DNA of 27,127 bases from a virus (taxonomy: Duplodnaviria > Caudoviricetes), in IMG/VR virus record IMGVR_UViG_3300048998_000208, positions 1-27,127 of that record; one strand, 5' to 3'. Positions 1 through 7,874 of the stretch are shown piece by piece. The first letter of the stretch is position 1. Each line of letters begins with the position of its first letter. The translations under genes were made by a program, and so were the position numbers. The notes beneath the pieces are model-generated. The model made no database searches and had not been told where the DNA came from. It saw only the letters and a program-made list of their open reading frames with translations.

Positions 1-2
1 AC

Positions 3-782
3 AAGGAAATAGAAATCGGCCAGGTGGAAAAGTTAGTTCCACACGAAGCCCCGACCGGCGCCGACGACCTGACTGGCAACACAGGGCCGCAGGAACCCCC
101 AAAACCGGTTCCCACGCCCCCTGCCGGCCCTCGCCCGGCGAAGCAGGCGACGAAATCGGGCGCGGGGGCGGCGGGCGGCGCGGCCCCCGCCAGCGCCGAA
201 AAACCAGCCCCGGCGGCCGCCCAGCTCGAAGCCGAGCGGCTGGCCATGGTGCGGCAAACTTTCTTCTACGCCTGGAAATGCCTGTATCCCAGCTGCCACT
301 TTGACAGCCAGGAGCAAACCCGGGCGATGGAGGCCATCTGGAACGGCACCTACCGGGGCTTTGCCGGGGCCTACACCCCGGCCCAGTGGGTGCAGTACCA
401 CGACGAGGTGCTGCAGCGCATCGACCTGGCCGCCGGCTACTTTGCCCGGCACGAGAACAAATTCCCACCGGCGCCCTACGCCCAGTTCGTGGCCGGCACC
501 GGCTACTTCGACCAGGCCAACGCCTACGGCTTCGAGGGCACCCACCGCTGGCTGCGCAAGCACCTGGCCAGCCGCCGCCAGCGCAGCCTCTCCGACGCCC
601 TGCTCAAGGCCCGCCGCGAAATGAAGGCCCACCGCCTGGGCATTGCCCGGCCCCGGGCCCAGGCCCTGACCACCCTGCAGCTCTACCGCCACCACGAGGC
701 CAAGCTCCGCGCCTTCGGCCCCGAGGCCCTGAAGCGCTTCTACGCCCAGGTGGCCCAGCCCGAACCCCAACCCCAGCCCTGA
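3..782 (+). CDS. 5'-truncated phage protein, possibly the C-terminal part of a replication initiator
   Basis: Frame is open from the window edge (KEIEIGQVEK...), followed by a Pro/Ala linker and a helical domain; function guessed from position at the end of the early region. Confidence 0.6.
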   Translation, partial: KEIEIGQVEKLVPHEAPTGADDLTGNTGPQEPPKPVPTPPAGPRPAKQATKSGAGAAGGAAPASAEKPAPAAAQLEAERLAMVRQTFFYAWKCLYPSCHFDSQEQTRAMEAIWNGTYRGFAGAYTPAQWVQYHDEVLQRIDLAAGYFARHENKFPPAPYAQFVAGTGYFDQANAYGFEGTHRWLRKHLASRRQRSLSDALLKARREMKAHRLGIARPRAQALTTLQLYRHHEAKLRAFGPEALKRFYAQVAQPEPQPQP

Positions 783-814
783 TTCATTTTTTCACCCCTT
801 CTACCTCTTTTTGT

Positions 815-1087
815 ATGGCATACGCCCGCTCCACCTCGGTCCAGAAATTCATCGACCAGGCCAACACCAAGCTGCTCGTGTACTACGCCGATGGCGGCAA
901 GCGCACCTGGTACGGCCGCAACAACATCCGCGACGGCCGCACCGCCGTCGACCCCCGCGCCGTGGAGCTCAAGCGCCACGAGCGCTACGTCAAGTCGGTG
1001 GCCGACGCCGTGAAGGTGGCCATCCTCTACGACACGAAAACGGGGGAGGAAATCCGCCGCTTCAAGAACGGGGCCTGGTCGGCATGA
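815..1087 (+). CDS. Hypothetical phage protein (90 aa, MAYARSTSVQKF...)
   Basis: ATG after a pyrimidine-rich leader; strong GC3 bias; ATGA overlap with next gene. Confidence 0.8.
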   Translation: MAYARSTSVQKFIDQANTKLLVYYADGGKRTWYGRNNIRDGRTAVDPRAVELKRHERYVKSVADAVKVAILYDTKTGEEIRRFKNGAWSA

Positions 1088-1449
1088 GGCTGCCCCACCT
1101 CGACCAGCTCATCGACCTGCACCGCGGCGAGGCCGCCCAGCTCCTGGGTGCCATCGCCGCGGTTGCGCCGGTTCGGTCCCGGCCGGTGGCGGCCCCGCTG
1201 CTGCTGGCCCTGCCGGTGCTCGGGCGCCTGGGCAAGCGCCTGCAGGCCCTCGACCAGCGCGAGCGGCGCGTGGTGGGCCCGCCCCCGCGCCGGCCGCGCC
1301 GCTTCCGGCTGCGGCACGACGAGGTGATTGCCCTCATGCTCTACGTGTTTCCCGCGCCCGGCATCGTGGCGCGGGTGCCGCTGGGCCGGGTGCAGCAGGT
1401 GTCGCTGAGCCTGGCGCGCTGGATTGACTTTGCAGCCGAGCCGGCGTGA
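1084..1449 (+). CDS. Hypothetical phage protein (121 aa, MRLPHLDQLIDL...)
   Basis: ATGA-coupled start; GC3 bias. Confidence 0.7.
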   Translation: MRLPHLDQLIDLHRGEAAQLLGAIAAVAPVRSRPVAAPLLLALPVLGRLGKRLQALDQRERRVVGPPPRRPRRFRLRHDEVIALMLYVFPAPGIVARVPLGRVQQVSLSLARWIDFAAEPA

Positions 1450-1580
1450 ATTTAATGGCCCGGCTTTACTGTTACCGGGCCAATAGTCAATAACTTGTCG
1501 GGTTTATTTCCGACCCTTTGCCTTTCCTGCATGGCGCATTCTTACCCTTTCGCTCCCACCCCCGTGCCCGCCCCTTCCTC

Positions 1581-1615
1581 GTCCTTTGCCCCGGTGGCCC
1601 CGGGCGGTAGGTTTG
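1581..1615 (+). promoter_or_regulatory. Putative late promoter copy 1 (GTCCTTT-N24-TTTG)
   Basis: GTCCTTT at 1581 and TAggTTTG at 1608-1615 (canonical Bacteroidota -7 box); same spacing as four other copies. Confidence 0.7.
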
Positions 1616-1638
1616 CCTCGTCCAAACCTGCTCCCGCC

Positions 1639-2316
1639 GTGAAACGAATCGACTTCCCCGTCAAGCCCCACATCCTGAAATACCTCCTGGTGAACCTCAA
1701 GCTGCAGCGCATCGAGCACGAGCAGTTGGTGGTCGACGATTACGTGCTCAGTACCACCAACCGGTTTGGGTTTGCGCTGAACGCGCTGCTGCGCAAGCCG
1801 GCCCGGTCGGCCCGGCACGAGGCCAGCATTGAGGACTGCACGGCCGCCCTGGGCGTGAACCTGCGCAACTTCAACGCCCCCCACTACGACCTGACGCAGG
1901 GCAAGCTCTCGGCGTACTGCATTTTTCAGTTCAACGACTTTGTCGACGACAACTTCCGGGCCGAGCTCTTCTGGTGGGTGAAGAAGGCCGTGGCCCTGCG
2001 CTCGACCATCAAGGATGCCATCTACTCCTTCATGGCCTTCTACGATATCCGGGAGGAGGACATGGCCTACGAAACCCTGCGCAAGGACGTGCAGCGGAAC
2101 GCCGACCTGACGCCCCGCAAAAAAAATCAGCCAAAACCGAAGAATTTTTCGGTGAATTTGTCCCAAAAAACGAGCGGTTTGTCCCGAAAAACAGGCGCTT
2201 TGTCCCAAAAAACGGGCGTTTTGTCCCAGAAGGACACTTTCACCGCTGTCCGTCAGGAGCTTATGAAGCTCCCTTTACCGCTCTTCGAGACCCAGTTCTT
2301 CTATGCCGGCGCCTGA
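1639..2316 (+). CDS. Hypothetical protein, candidate late transcription regulator (GTG start at 1639; ATG at 1531 is an alternative)
   Basis: Strong coding bias from 1639; located at the early/late boundary; N-terminal beta-alpha motif (IDFPVKPHILKYL) and HTH-like segment (IKDAIYSFMAFYDIREEDMAYETLRKDVQR); function is inferred. Confidence 0.6.
   Translation: MKRIDFPVKPHILKYLLVNLKLQRIEHEQLVVDDYVLSTTNRFGFALNALLRKPARSARHEASIEDCTAALGVNLRNFNAPHYDLTQGKLSAYCIFQFNDFVDDNFRAELFWWVKKAVALRSTIKDAIYSFMAFYDIREEDMAYETLRKDVQRNADLTPRKKNQPKPKNFSVNLSQKTSGLSRKTGALSQKTGVLSQKDTFTAVRQELMKLPLPLFETQFFYAGA
2157..2234 (+). repeat. 21-bp tandem repeat, about 3.7 copies (TTTGTCCCRRAAAACRRGCGN)
   Basis: TTTGTCCC starts at 2157, 2178, 2199 and 2220; reads LSQKTSG/LSRKTGA/LSQKTGV/LSQK in frame. 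Confidence 0.95.
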
Positions 2317-2968
2317 TTTCTCCCTGCGCAACATCGCCCAGGCCCCGGATGACAACCGGGGTGGCCTGCGGGCGCTGTGGTACACCCCGGCGGCCAACGT
2401 GCGCCACTGGCCCGGCCCCGAGACGCCGCTGCTCATCGAGCGCGACCTGGAGCTGGTGCCCGGCGCCACCTGGTACCAGCTCGTGGGCCGGCGCTACTCC
2501 CTGCGCTACACCCAGACCCCGAAAACCCTGGCCCGGCACGGCCACTACTGGCAGCACAAGGTGAAGGGCATCCTGGCCCGCCACAGCGAAGGCCTGGCCG
2601 CCGGCCTCGAAACCCTGGAGGGCCAGAAGCTCCTCGTACTCTACCGCGACCAGAACGGCCTGGTGCAGCTCGTGGGCACGCCCGAGCAGCCCCTCACCTT
2701 CGAGGACACCTACGATTCGGCCGCCGACCCGGCGCAGTTCAACGGCTTCGACTTCGTGCTGCAGGGCGATACCCTGCGCCGGGCCCGCCCCTACCTGGGC
2801 ACCTGGACGGTATCGGGGCGGGGCCTGCAGTACGCCGTGCAGCTGCAGGACAATGGCACCGGCCTGGTGCTGCTGCGCACGGCCGGCGGCCGGCTGCTGG
2901 CCACCGTGCCGGCAGGCCGGACCGTGGTGCTCAAGTCGGACTTTAACCTCGCTTATCAAATCCTATAG
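2303..2968 (+). CDS. Virion protein, paralog of the putative tail tube protein at 7875 with an extra C-terminal beta domain
   Basis: Ungapped 12/40 identity with the 7875 protein (LxxLxxDxxG...VG...P...YDSA...G) and a shared N-terminal DNxxGLR. Confidence 0.7.
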   Translation: MPAPDFSLRNIAQAPDDNRGGLRALWYTPAANVRHWPGPETPLLIERDLELVPGATWYQLVGRRYSLRYTQTPKTLARHGHYWQHKVKGILARHSEGLAAGLETLEGQKLLVLYRDQNGLVQLVGTPEQPLTFEDTYDSAADPAQFNGFDFVLQGDTLRRARPYLGTWTVSGRGLQYAVQLQDNGTGLVLLRTAGGRLLATVPAGRTVVLKSDFNLAYQIL

Positions 2969-2969
2969 T

Positions 2970-4247
2970 ATGCGGCTGACCCCGATTGACTTTTGGGCGA
3001 AGTGGGAGCCCCGCTTGGCCGACAACGACACCTTCGACATCACGGCCGGCGACGTGCGCGCGTTTGCCCAGGACGTCAAGGACAGCTTTGCCAACCTCAG
3101 CACCCTGACCGTAAAACAGGTGAAGGGTGCCCCGTACCCGGTGCCGTTCACCGATACGCTTTTCCAGATTCCGCCGGATTACCGCATCCTGGGCATGGAG
3201 GCCGTCGCGCGCTTCGGGGTGGATAGTGCCAGCGGCGGGGCGGGCGTAACGGCCGACCCGGTGTACTTCCACCTGCTCAAGTACTCGGCGGGCGACATCG
3301 ACGCCCTGCTCGACCTGGACACTGTCTACCATGCCCAGAGTCCCACGACCGATACCGTGAAGGCCCGCTGGGTGCAGGTGAGCGGCACGGACGAGGAGAA
3401 AATCGCCTCCTTCCCGGTGCTGCAGCTGGAAGACTTTGACTACCAGGCCGGCGACGTGGTGCAGTATACGTTTCCCGGCGGCCAGACGCGTCTGGTGCAA
3501 TGGAAGGCGGATAGTACTGGCTATATGCACCCGCTGCCCACGGGGTTGGATACGGACCCCATTTACCGCAACTTCGCCCCCCTGAACGGCACCGGCGCCG
3601 GGGGCAGCGGGGCCAGCAACTTCGCCCAGCTCGCCGGCGACCCGCGGGATAACGACGCGCTGGCCGGCCAGCTCGACTACAAGGCCGACCTCTTCAGCCC
3701 GGCCCTGCTGGGCGTGCCCACCGCCCCCACGGCCCCGCTGGGCACCAACACCACCCAGGTGGCCACCATGGCCGCCCTGAAGGCCGCCATCAATGCCCTG
3801 CTCAATGCCGCCCCGGGCGCGCTCGATACGCTCAACGAGCTGGCCGCGGCCCTGGGCAACGACCCGAACTTCGCCACCACCATGGCCGGCGCCCTGGCCC
3901 TGCGTGCCACCACAGCCCAGCTGGAGGCCGTGCGCACCCAGGTGGGCCTGAGCCCGGCCAAGGCGGGCAGCTACACGCTGGCGCTGGCCGACGCCGGCAA
4001 CGTGGTCCCTTTCACGGTGGCGGCCACGTGCACCATTCCCGCCAATGCCACGGTGCCCTTCCCGGTCGGTACCATCATTGAGCCCCTGCAGGCCAGCACG
4101 ACCGGCGTGGTCACCATCGCCGCCGGCGCCGGGGTGAGCCTGGTGCTCGGCTCGGGCGGCACCAAAACGGCGGGGCTCGACGGCAGCAGCGTGCGGCTGC
4201 TGCAGCGAGCACTGAACGTATGGGTCATTAGCGGGGGCTACGTCTAA
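2970..4247 (+). CDS. Phage fibre/adaptor protein (425 aa)
   Basis: Contains the P2 gpH-type tail fibre motif SPALLGVPTAPTAPLGTNTTQVAT...LDTLNELAAALGNDPNFATT; ATG at 2970 directly follows the upstream stop. Confidence 0.85.
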   Translation: MRLTPIDFWAKWEPRLADNDTFDITAGDVRAFAQDVKDSFANLSTLTVKQVKGAPYPVPFTDTLFQIPPDYRILGMEAVARFGVDSASGGAGVTADPVYFHLLKYSAGDIDALLDLDTVYHAQSPTTDTVKARWVQVSGTDEEKIASFPVLQLEDFDYQAGDVVQYTFPGGQTRLVQWKADSTGYMHPLPTGLDTDPIYRNFAPLNGTGAGGSGASNFAQLAGDPRDNDALAGQLDYKADLFSPALLGVPTAPTAPLGTNTTQVATMAALKAAINALLNAAPGALDTLNELAAALGNDPNFATTMAGALALRATTAQLEAVRTQVGLSPAKAGSYTLALADAGNVVPFTVAATCTIPANATVPFPVGTIIEPLQASTTGVVTIAAGAGVSLVLGSGGTKTAGLDGSSVRLLQRALNVWVISGGYV

Positions 4248-4903
4248 TGGCCATTCTCTTTCAGCACGGCCTGCTGGCCTCGGCCCAGGCCCCGCAGCGT
4301 TGGACGGCGGCCATGCTCCAGGTCGCCGCCATCACGCTCACCAACTTTGGCTACCAGGTGGGCAACAGCACCTATACCTATGAGTTCTGGCTGCAGTGCA
4401 CCGGGGCGGGGGTAAGTCCCTATACCACCAGCTACAGCGGCTACAATCGCTTTGCCGCCCACATGCCCTACAACGGGGCCTGGTACTACGATAACGGGGG
4501 CATCGACAACCTGGGCCGCATCCAGTACACGCCGCCGAACCCGGCCACGTTCTGGACCCAGCGCCACCACTTTGCCGTGCAGGCCGATTACGAGCACGAC
4601 GTGCGCCGCCTCTTCGTCGATGGGGTGCTGGTGATGGAAGTCTTCGGCCATCCCAACACCTACCCCGAGACGAGCCGCTCCGGCCCCGACCACCTGCTGC
4701 TGACCGGCGAGCAAGGCGGCATGGGCGAGGTGCGCTACTGGAACTACATCCGCACCCCGGAGCAGATTCAGGCGGCCATGAACCTGAGCCTGAACGGGCC
4801 GCAGCCGGGCCTGCTCGGCTGCTGGCGCTGCGACGAGCGCGGCGGCACGGGCACCGTGATTCAGGACCGCTCCGGCTTCGGGCGCCACGGCTTCATTTCC
4901 TAG
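4247..4903 (+). CDS. LamG/concanavalin A-like domain protein, putative receptor-binding protein
   Basis: YTYEFW, HHFAV, RLFVDG, GEVRYWNYIRTPEQIQ, GLLGCWRCDE..GTVIQDRSG pattern of LamG-3 domains; TAATG coupling to the fibre gene. Confidence 0.85.
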   Translation: MAILFQHGLLASAQAPQRWTAAMLQVAAITLTNFGYQVGNSTYTYEFWLQCTGAGVSPYTTSYSGYNRFAAHMPYNGAWYYDNGGIDNLGRIQYTPPNPATFWTQRHHFAVQADYEHDVRRLFVDGVLVMEVFGHPNTYPETSRSGPDHLLLTGEQGGMGEVRYWNYIRTPEQIQAAMNLSLNGPQPGLLGCWRCDERGGTGTVIQDRSGFGRHGFIS

Positions 4904-4909
4904 TTTCCT

Positions 4910-4944
4910 GTCCTTTTTATCGGGGGTAGCTAAGAGGAGCTTTG
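4910..4944 (+). promoter_or_regulatory. Putative late promoter copy 2 (GTCCTTT-N24-TTTG), overlapped by a perfect 20-bp inverted repeat spanning 4919-4966
   Basis: GTCCTTT at 4910, TTTG at 4941; arms ATCGGGGGTAGCTAAGAGGA / TCCTCTTAGCTACCCCCGAT. Confidence 0.75.
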
Positions 4945-4964
4945 GTTCCTCTTAGCTACCCCCG

Positions 4965-6329
4965 ATGCGCGTCAATCCGCTACTCTCCTCGATTCTTCAG
5001 GCCCCTTTCCTGCTGGAAGGCCAGGCCATGCAACTGCTGTATGCCGAAATCGCCCAGCTGCTCAACGGGCACGCGGGCGGCGAGGCCGAAGTCGTCGACG
5101 CCACCACGGTGCCCTTCTACGCCATCACGCCCCACGCGGCGGCCCTGGGCACGATGGGCTACGCCTCGCTCAACGAGGTGCCGGCCGGCTCGATTGCCGT
5201 GCACACCGTGGCCGGCGTGATGCTGCCGGAGGATACCTGGTGGGGCCTGGGCACCAAGACCATCGGCCAGCGCCTGCAGCAGGCCGACGCCCACGAGAAC
5301 ATCATTGCCCACGTGGGCGTGTTCCGCACGCCGGGCGGCTCGACGATGGGCCTGGAAAACTTCGCCGCCACCATCGCCGGCACCCGGAAGCCCTTCGTGG
5401 GCTATGCCGAGCAGGCCTGCAGCGCCGGCTACTGGAGCATCAGTGGGGCCAATGTCATTATGCTGGCTGGCCGCACGGCCATGTGTGGCAGCATCGGCAC
5501 GATGGCCGAGTTCCTGGACTTCAGCGGGATGTTCGAAAAGATGGGCATTAAGCTGGTGACGGCCAATGCCACGAAGAGCACCAATAAAAACGCCGCCTTT
5601 AAGGCGGCCGTCGACGGCGACGTCAAGCCCCTGCAGCAGGAGCTGCTCGACCCGCTCAACGAGGTCTTCCTGAGCACCGTGCAGGTCAACCGCGACGGCA
5701 AGCTCGACCCCAAGCAGGAGCAAGAAGTCCTGAGCGGCGGGGTCTACGTGGGCCAGGCCAACCTGGACAACGGCCTGGCCGACCTGATGGGCACGCTCGA
5801 CGAGGCCATCGCCCTGGCCCAGCAGCTGGCCGACGAGGCCGACGATTCAACCGACACATCTTCATCCACTTCCCATCCCATGTTCAACAAGAACAAATTT
5901 TCGGCCGTCGCCGCCCTGGCCGGCCTGGCGGCTGCCGCCATTACCCCTGAGCTGGTTACGGCCGCCAACGACGAGTTGGAGGAAAAAGGCGTCACCGGCG
6001 CTGCCCTCATCGGCCAGGCCACCTTCGAAGCCCTGGAGGCCAAAGCCGGCCGCGTCGACGCCGCTGAGACTACGGCCAAGGGCTTTACCGATGCGCTGGC
6101 CGCTGCCGGCGCCAAAGACATCGCCGAGCTGGTGAGCCAGCGCGACGGCTACAAAGTGAAGGCCGACAAGTTCGACAAAGGCCCGGGTGCCCACCACACC
6201 AACCCCACGCTGAAGGCCGGCACCACCGACGTGGAGGCCGAAGAGCCCAATGCCGACCAGCAGGCTATCGCTGAGCTGCCTCATAACAAGGCGCTGGACA
6301 ATCACCCCATTTTCGGCAAGGCGTCTTAA
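4965..6329 (+). CDS. S49 (SppA/lambda gpC-like) prohead protease with C-terminal scaffold region
   Basis: TPGG, ACSAGYW (catalytic Ser), GSIG and KSTNK motifs; immediately upstream of the capsid gene. Confidence 0.92.
   Translation: MRVNPLLSSILQAPFLLEGQAMQLLYAEIAQLLNGHAGGEAEVVDATTVPFYAITPHAAALGTMGYASLNEVPAGSIAVHTVAGVMLPEDTWWGLGTKTIGQRLQQADAHENIIAHVGVFRTPGGSTMGLENFAATIAGTRKPFVGYAEQACSAGYWSISGANVIMLAGRTAMCGSIGTMAEFLDFSGMFEKMGIKLVTANATKSTNKNAAFKAAVDGDVKPLQQELLDPLNEVFLSTVQVNRDGKLDPKQEQEVLSGGVYVGQANLDNGLADLMGTLDEAIALAQQLADEADDSTDTSSSTSHPMFNKNKFSAVAALAGLAAAAITPELVTAANDELEEKGVTGAALIGQATFEALEAKAGRVDAAETTAKGFTDALAAAGAKDIAELVSQRDGYKVKADKFDKGPGAHHTNPTLKAGTTDVEAEEPNADQQAIAELPHNKALDNHPIFGKAS
5880..6329 (+). 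CDS. Probable nested in-frame scaffolding protein (Nu3-like, 149 aa)
   Basis: Internal ATG (MFNKNKF...) preceded by a pyrimidine-rich leader-like stretch that encodes a Ser/Thr linker. Confidence 0.6.
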   Translation: MFNKNKFSAVAALAGLAAAAITPELVTAANDELEEKGVTGAALIGQATFEALEAKAGRVDAAETTAKGFTDALAAAGAKDIAELVSQRDGYKVKADKFDKGPGAHHTNPTLKAGTTDVEAEEPNADQQAIAELPHNKALDNHPIFGKAS

Positions 6330-6385
6330 TTCAACCCTATCCAGGCCATTAGGGCCTCATTTCTCACCCTTTAATCAGTTCACTG

Positions 6386-7384
6386 ATGACTCTTGTAATT
6401 GCTGATATCCTGACTGAGTTCGGCACGGTCTACCGCGATGGCGGCCAAGACGCGACGCGCCTGCTTCGTCGCCCCTTCATCCCGTCGCTGACGGAGGCCC
6501 TCTTCGGCTTGCTGCCCACCGACGACACGTCGTACCAGATGGCCAAAACGGAACTGGGCCGCATCCTGCAGCCCTTTCAGAAGGGCTGGACGCCGCTGGG
6601 CACGCTCACGGCCACGCCCATCACCCTCAACCAGTTCCCCCTGAAGGTGGACCTGGAAGAGACGCCCGATGTGCTGGAAACGTCGTGGCTGGGCTTCCTG
6701 GCCGACAAAAACCTCGACCGTGCGCAGTGGCCGGTTATCCGTTACCTCGTGGAGCAGCACGTCTACAGCCAGCTGGACGAGGATTACGAGCTCAACGAGA
6801 TTTACTTCGGCAAGTACGCCGCCCCCACCACCGGCACGCCGGGTGCCGCCGGTACGTCGATAGACGGCATCCGCATCCTCATCAACCGCGCCATCGCGGC
6901 CGGCAAAATCACGCCGATGGTGCTCGGGGCCATCCCCACCGACATCGTGGACTTCTGCAACTACGTGGAGGCGTTCGTGGAGGGCTTCAGTGCCCGCTAT
7001 GCCAACAAAGGCATGGAAATCTGCATGAACATCACCCTGGCCCGGCGTTACGCCAAAGGCCGGCAGAAGAAGTACGGCTCGGACAACAACTACACCGCCC
7101 CCAAGCCCCTGCTCGACGGGCTGGGCAACGAGCTGGTGCGCATCCCGGTGGAGTTCAGCAACCACGTGGTGGTGGGCCTGCCCAGCATGGGCGCCTCGGC
7201 CAAAATCTGGGCCACGCCGGCGGAGAACCGCAAGCGCCTGACCAAGAAGACAGTCAACACCAAGCAGGTGCGCATCGAGAGTGCGAAGCGCTCAGTGGCC
7301 ATCTACACGGACTTCTACAAAGGCGTGGGCTTCCCGCTGCTGGAGGCCGTGTTCACCAACGACCAGGACACGACCACTACCTAA
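6386..7384 (+). CDS. Major capsid protein
   Basis: 332 aa, directly after the protease/scaffold; ILQPFQKGWTP...IDGI pattern; hairpin follows the gene. Confidence 0.85.
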   Translation: MTLVIADILTEFGTVYRDGGQDATRLLRRPFIPSLTEALFGLLPTDDTSYQMAKTELGRILQPFQKGWTPLGTLTATPITLNQFPLKVDLEETPDVLETSWLGFLADKNLDRAQWPVIRYLVEQHVYSQLDEDYELNEIYFGKYAAPTTGTPGAAGTSIDGIRILINRAIAAGKITPMVLGAIPTDIVDFCNYVEAFVEGFSARYANKGMEICMNITLARRYAKGRQKKYGSDNNYTAPKPLLDGLGNELVRIPVEFSNHVVVGLPSMGASAKIWATPAENRKRLTKKTVNTKQVRIESAKRSVAIYTDFYKGVGFPLLEAVFTNDQDTTTT

Positions 7385-7418
7385 GCACGTCGTGTGCCCC
7401 CGCCCCGTCCGGGCAGCC

Positions 7419-7449
7419 AGCCGGCCCACTCCTGGTGAGTGGGCCGGCT
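7419..7449 (+). terminator. 13-bp hairpin after the capsid gene (leaky terminator or mRNA stabiliser)
   Basis: AGCCGGCCCACTC-ctggt-GAGTGGGCCGGCT followed by only a short T run. Confidence 0.6.
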
Positions 7450-7491
7450 TTGGCGGTGCCAGACATTTTGTTTTACTCCCCACTCCTTATC

Positions 7492-7815
7492 ATGGACCAA
7501 CCCACAAACGACTCCCGCACGCCCGAGGAAATCATCGCCGCGCTCAACGAGCAAATCGCCCAGCAGAACGCCATCATCGATGGCCAGGCCGAGGCCCTGA
7601 AAGCCGCCGAAACCCAGGGCGCTGATGCCCTGCCCGTCATCACCGTCGACAAAAAGCAGTACCAGGTACTGGCCAAGCAGTTCACCTTCGAAGGCAAGCT
7701 GGTGAAGGCCGAAGACCTGAAGACCGACAAAGACCTGGTGAAGGCACTGCTCAAAGCCGAAACCGGCATTCTGCAGCTGGTAGAGAAAGCCACGGCGGAG
7801 CCGGCCGCCAACTAG
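7492..7815 (+). CDS. Hypothetical virion-associated protein (107 aa, MDQPTNDS...)
   Basis: ATG after a pyrimidine-rich leader; coiled-coil-like N-terminus; GC3 bias. Confidence 0.8.
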   Translation: MDQPTNDSRTPEEIIAALNEQIAQQNAIIDGQAEALKAAETQGADALPVITVDKKQYQVLAKQFTFEGKLVKAEDLKTDKDLVKALLKAETGILQLVEKATAEPAAN

Positions 7816-7874
7816 GCGCCAGCCACTTCCACTAAGTAGTTCAATCAATTTCCCAACGACTTAATCCCTTCTAA

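Noticed and set aside
1456-1482. TGGCCCGG/CCGGGCCA hairpin as a terminator of the early region
   Set aside because: 11-nt loop and no U-tract; could be a weak terminator or operator but cannot be supported
2119-2127. A8 run (A_AAA_AAT) as a programmed -1 frameshift or phase-variation site
   Set aside because: The -1 frame ends at 2564 in low-information sequence and does not fuse to the next gene
2157-2234. CRISPR array interpretation of the 21-bp repeats
   Set aside because: The units are contiguous with no unique spacers, and there are no cas genes
2970-4903. Diversity-generating retroelement or invertible fibre cassette
   Set aside because: No reverse transcriptase, invertase, adenine-variant repeat pair or flanking inverted repeats seen in the window
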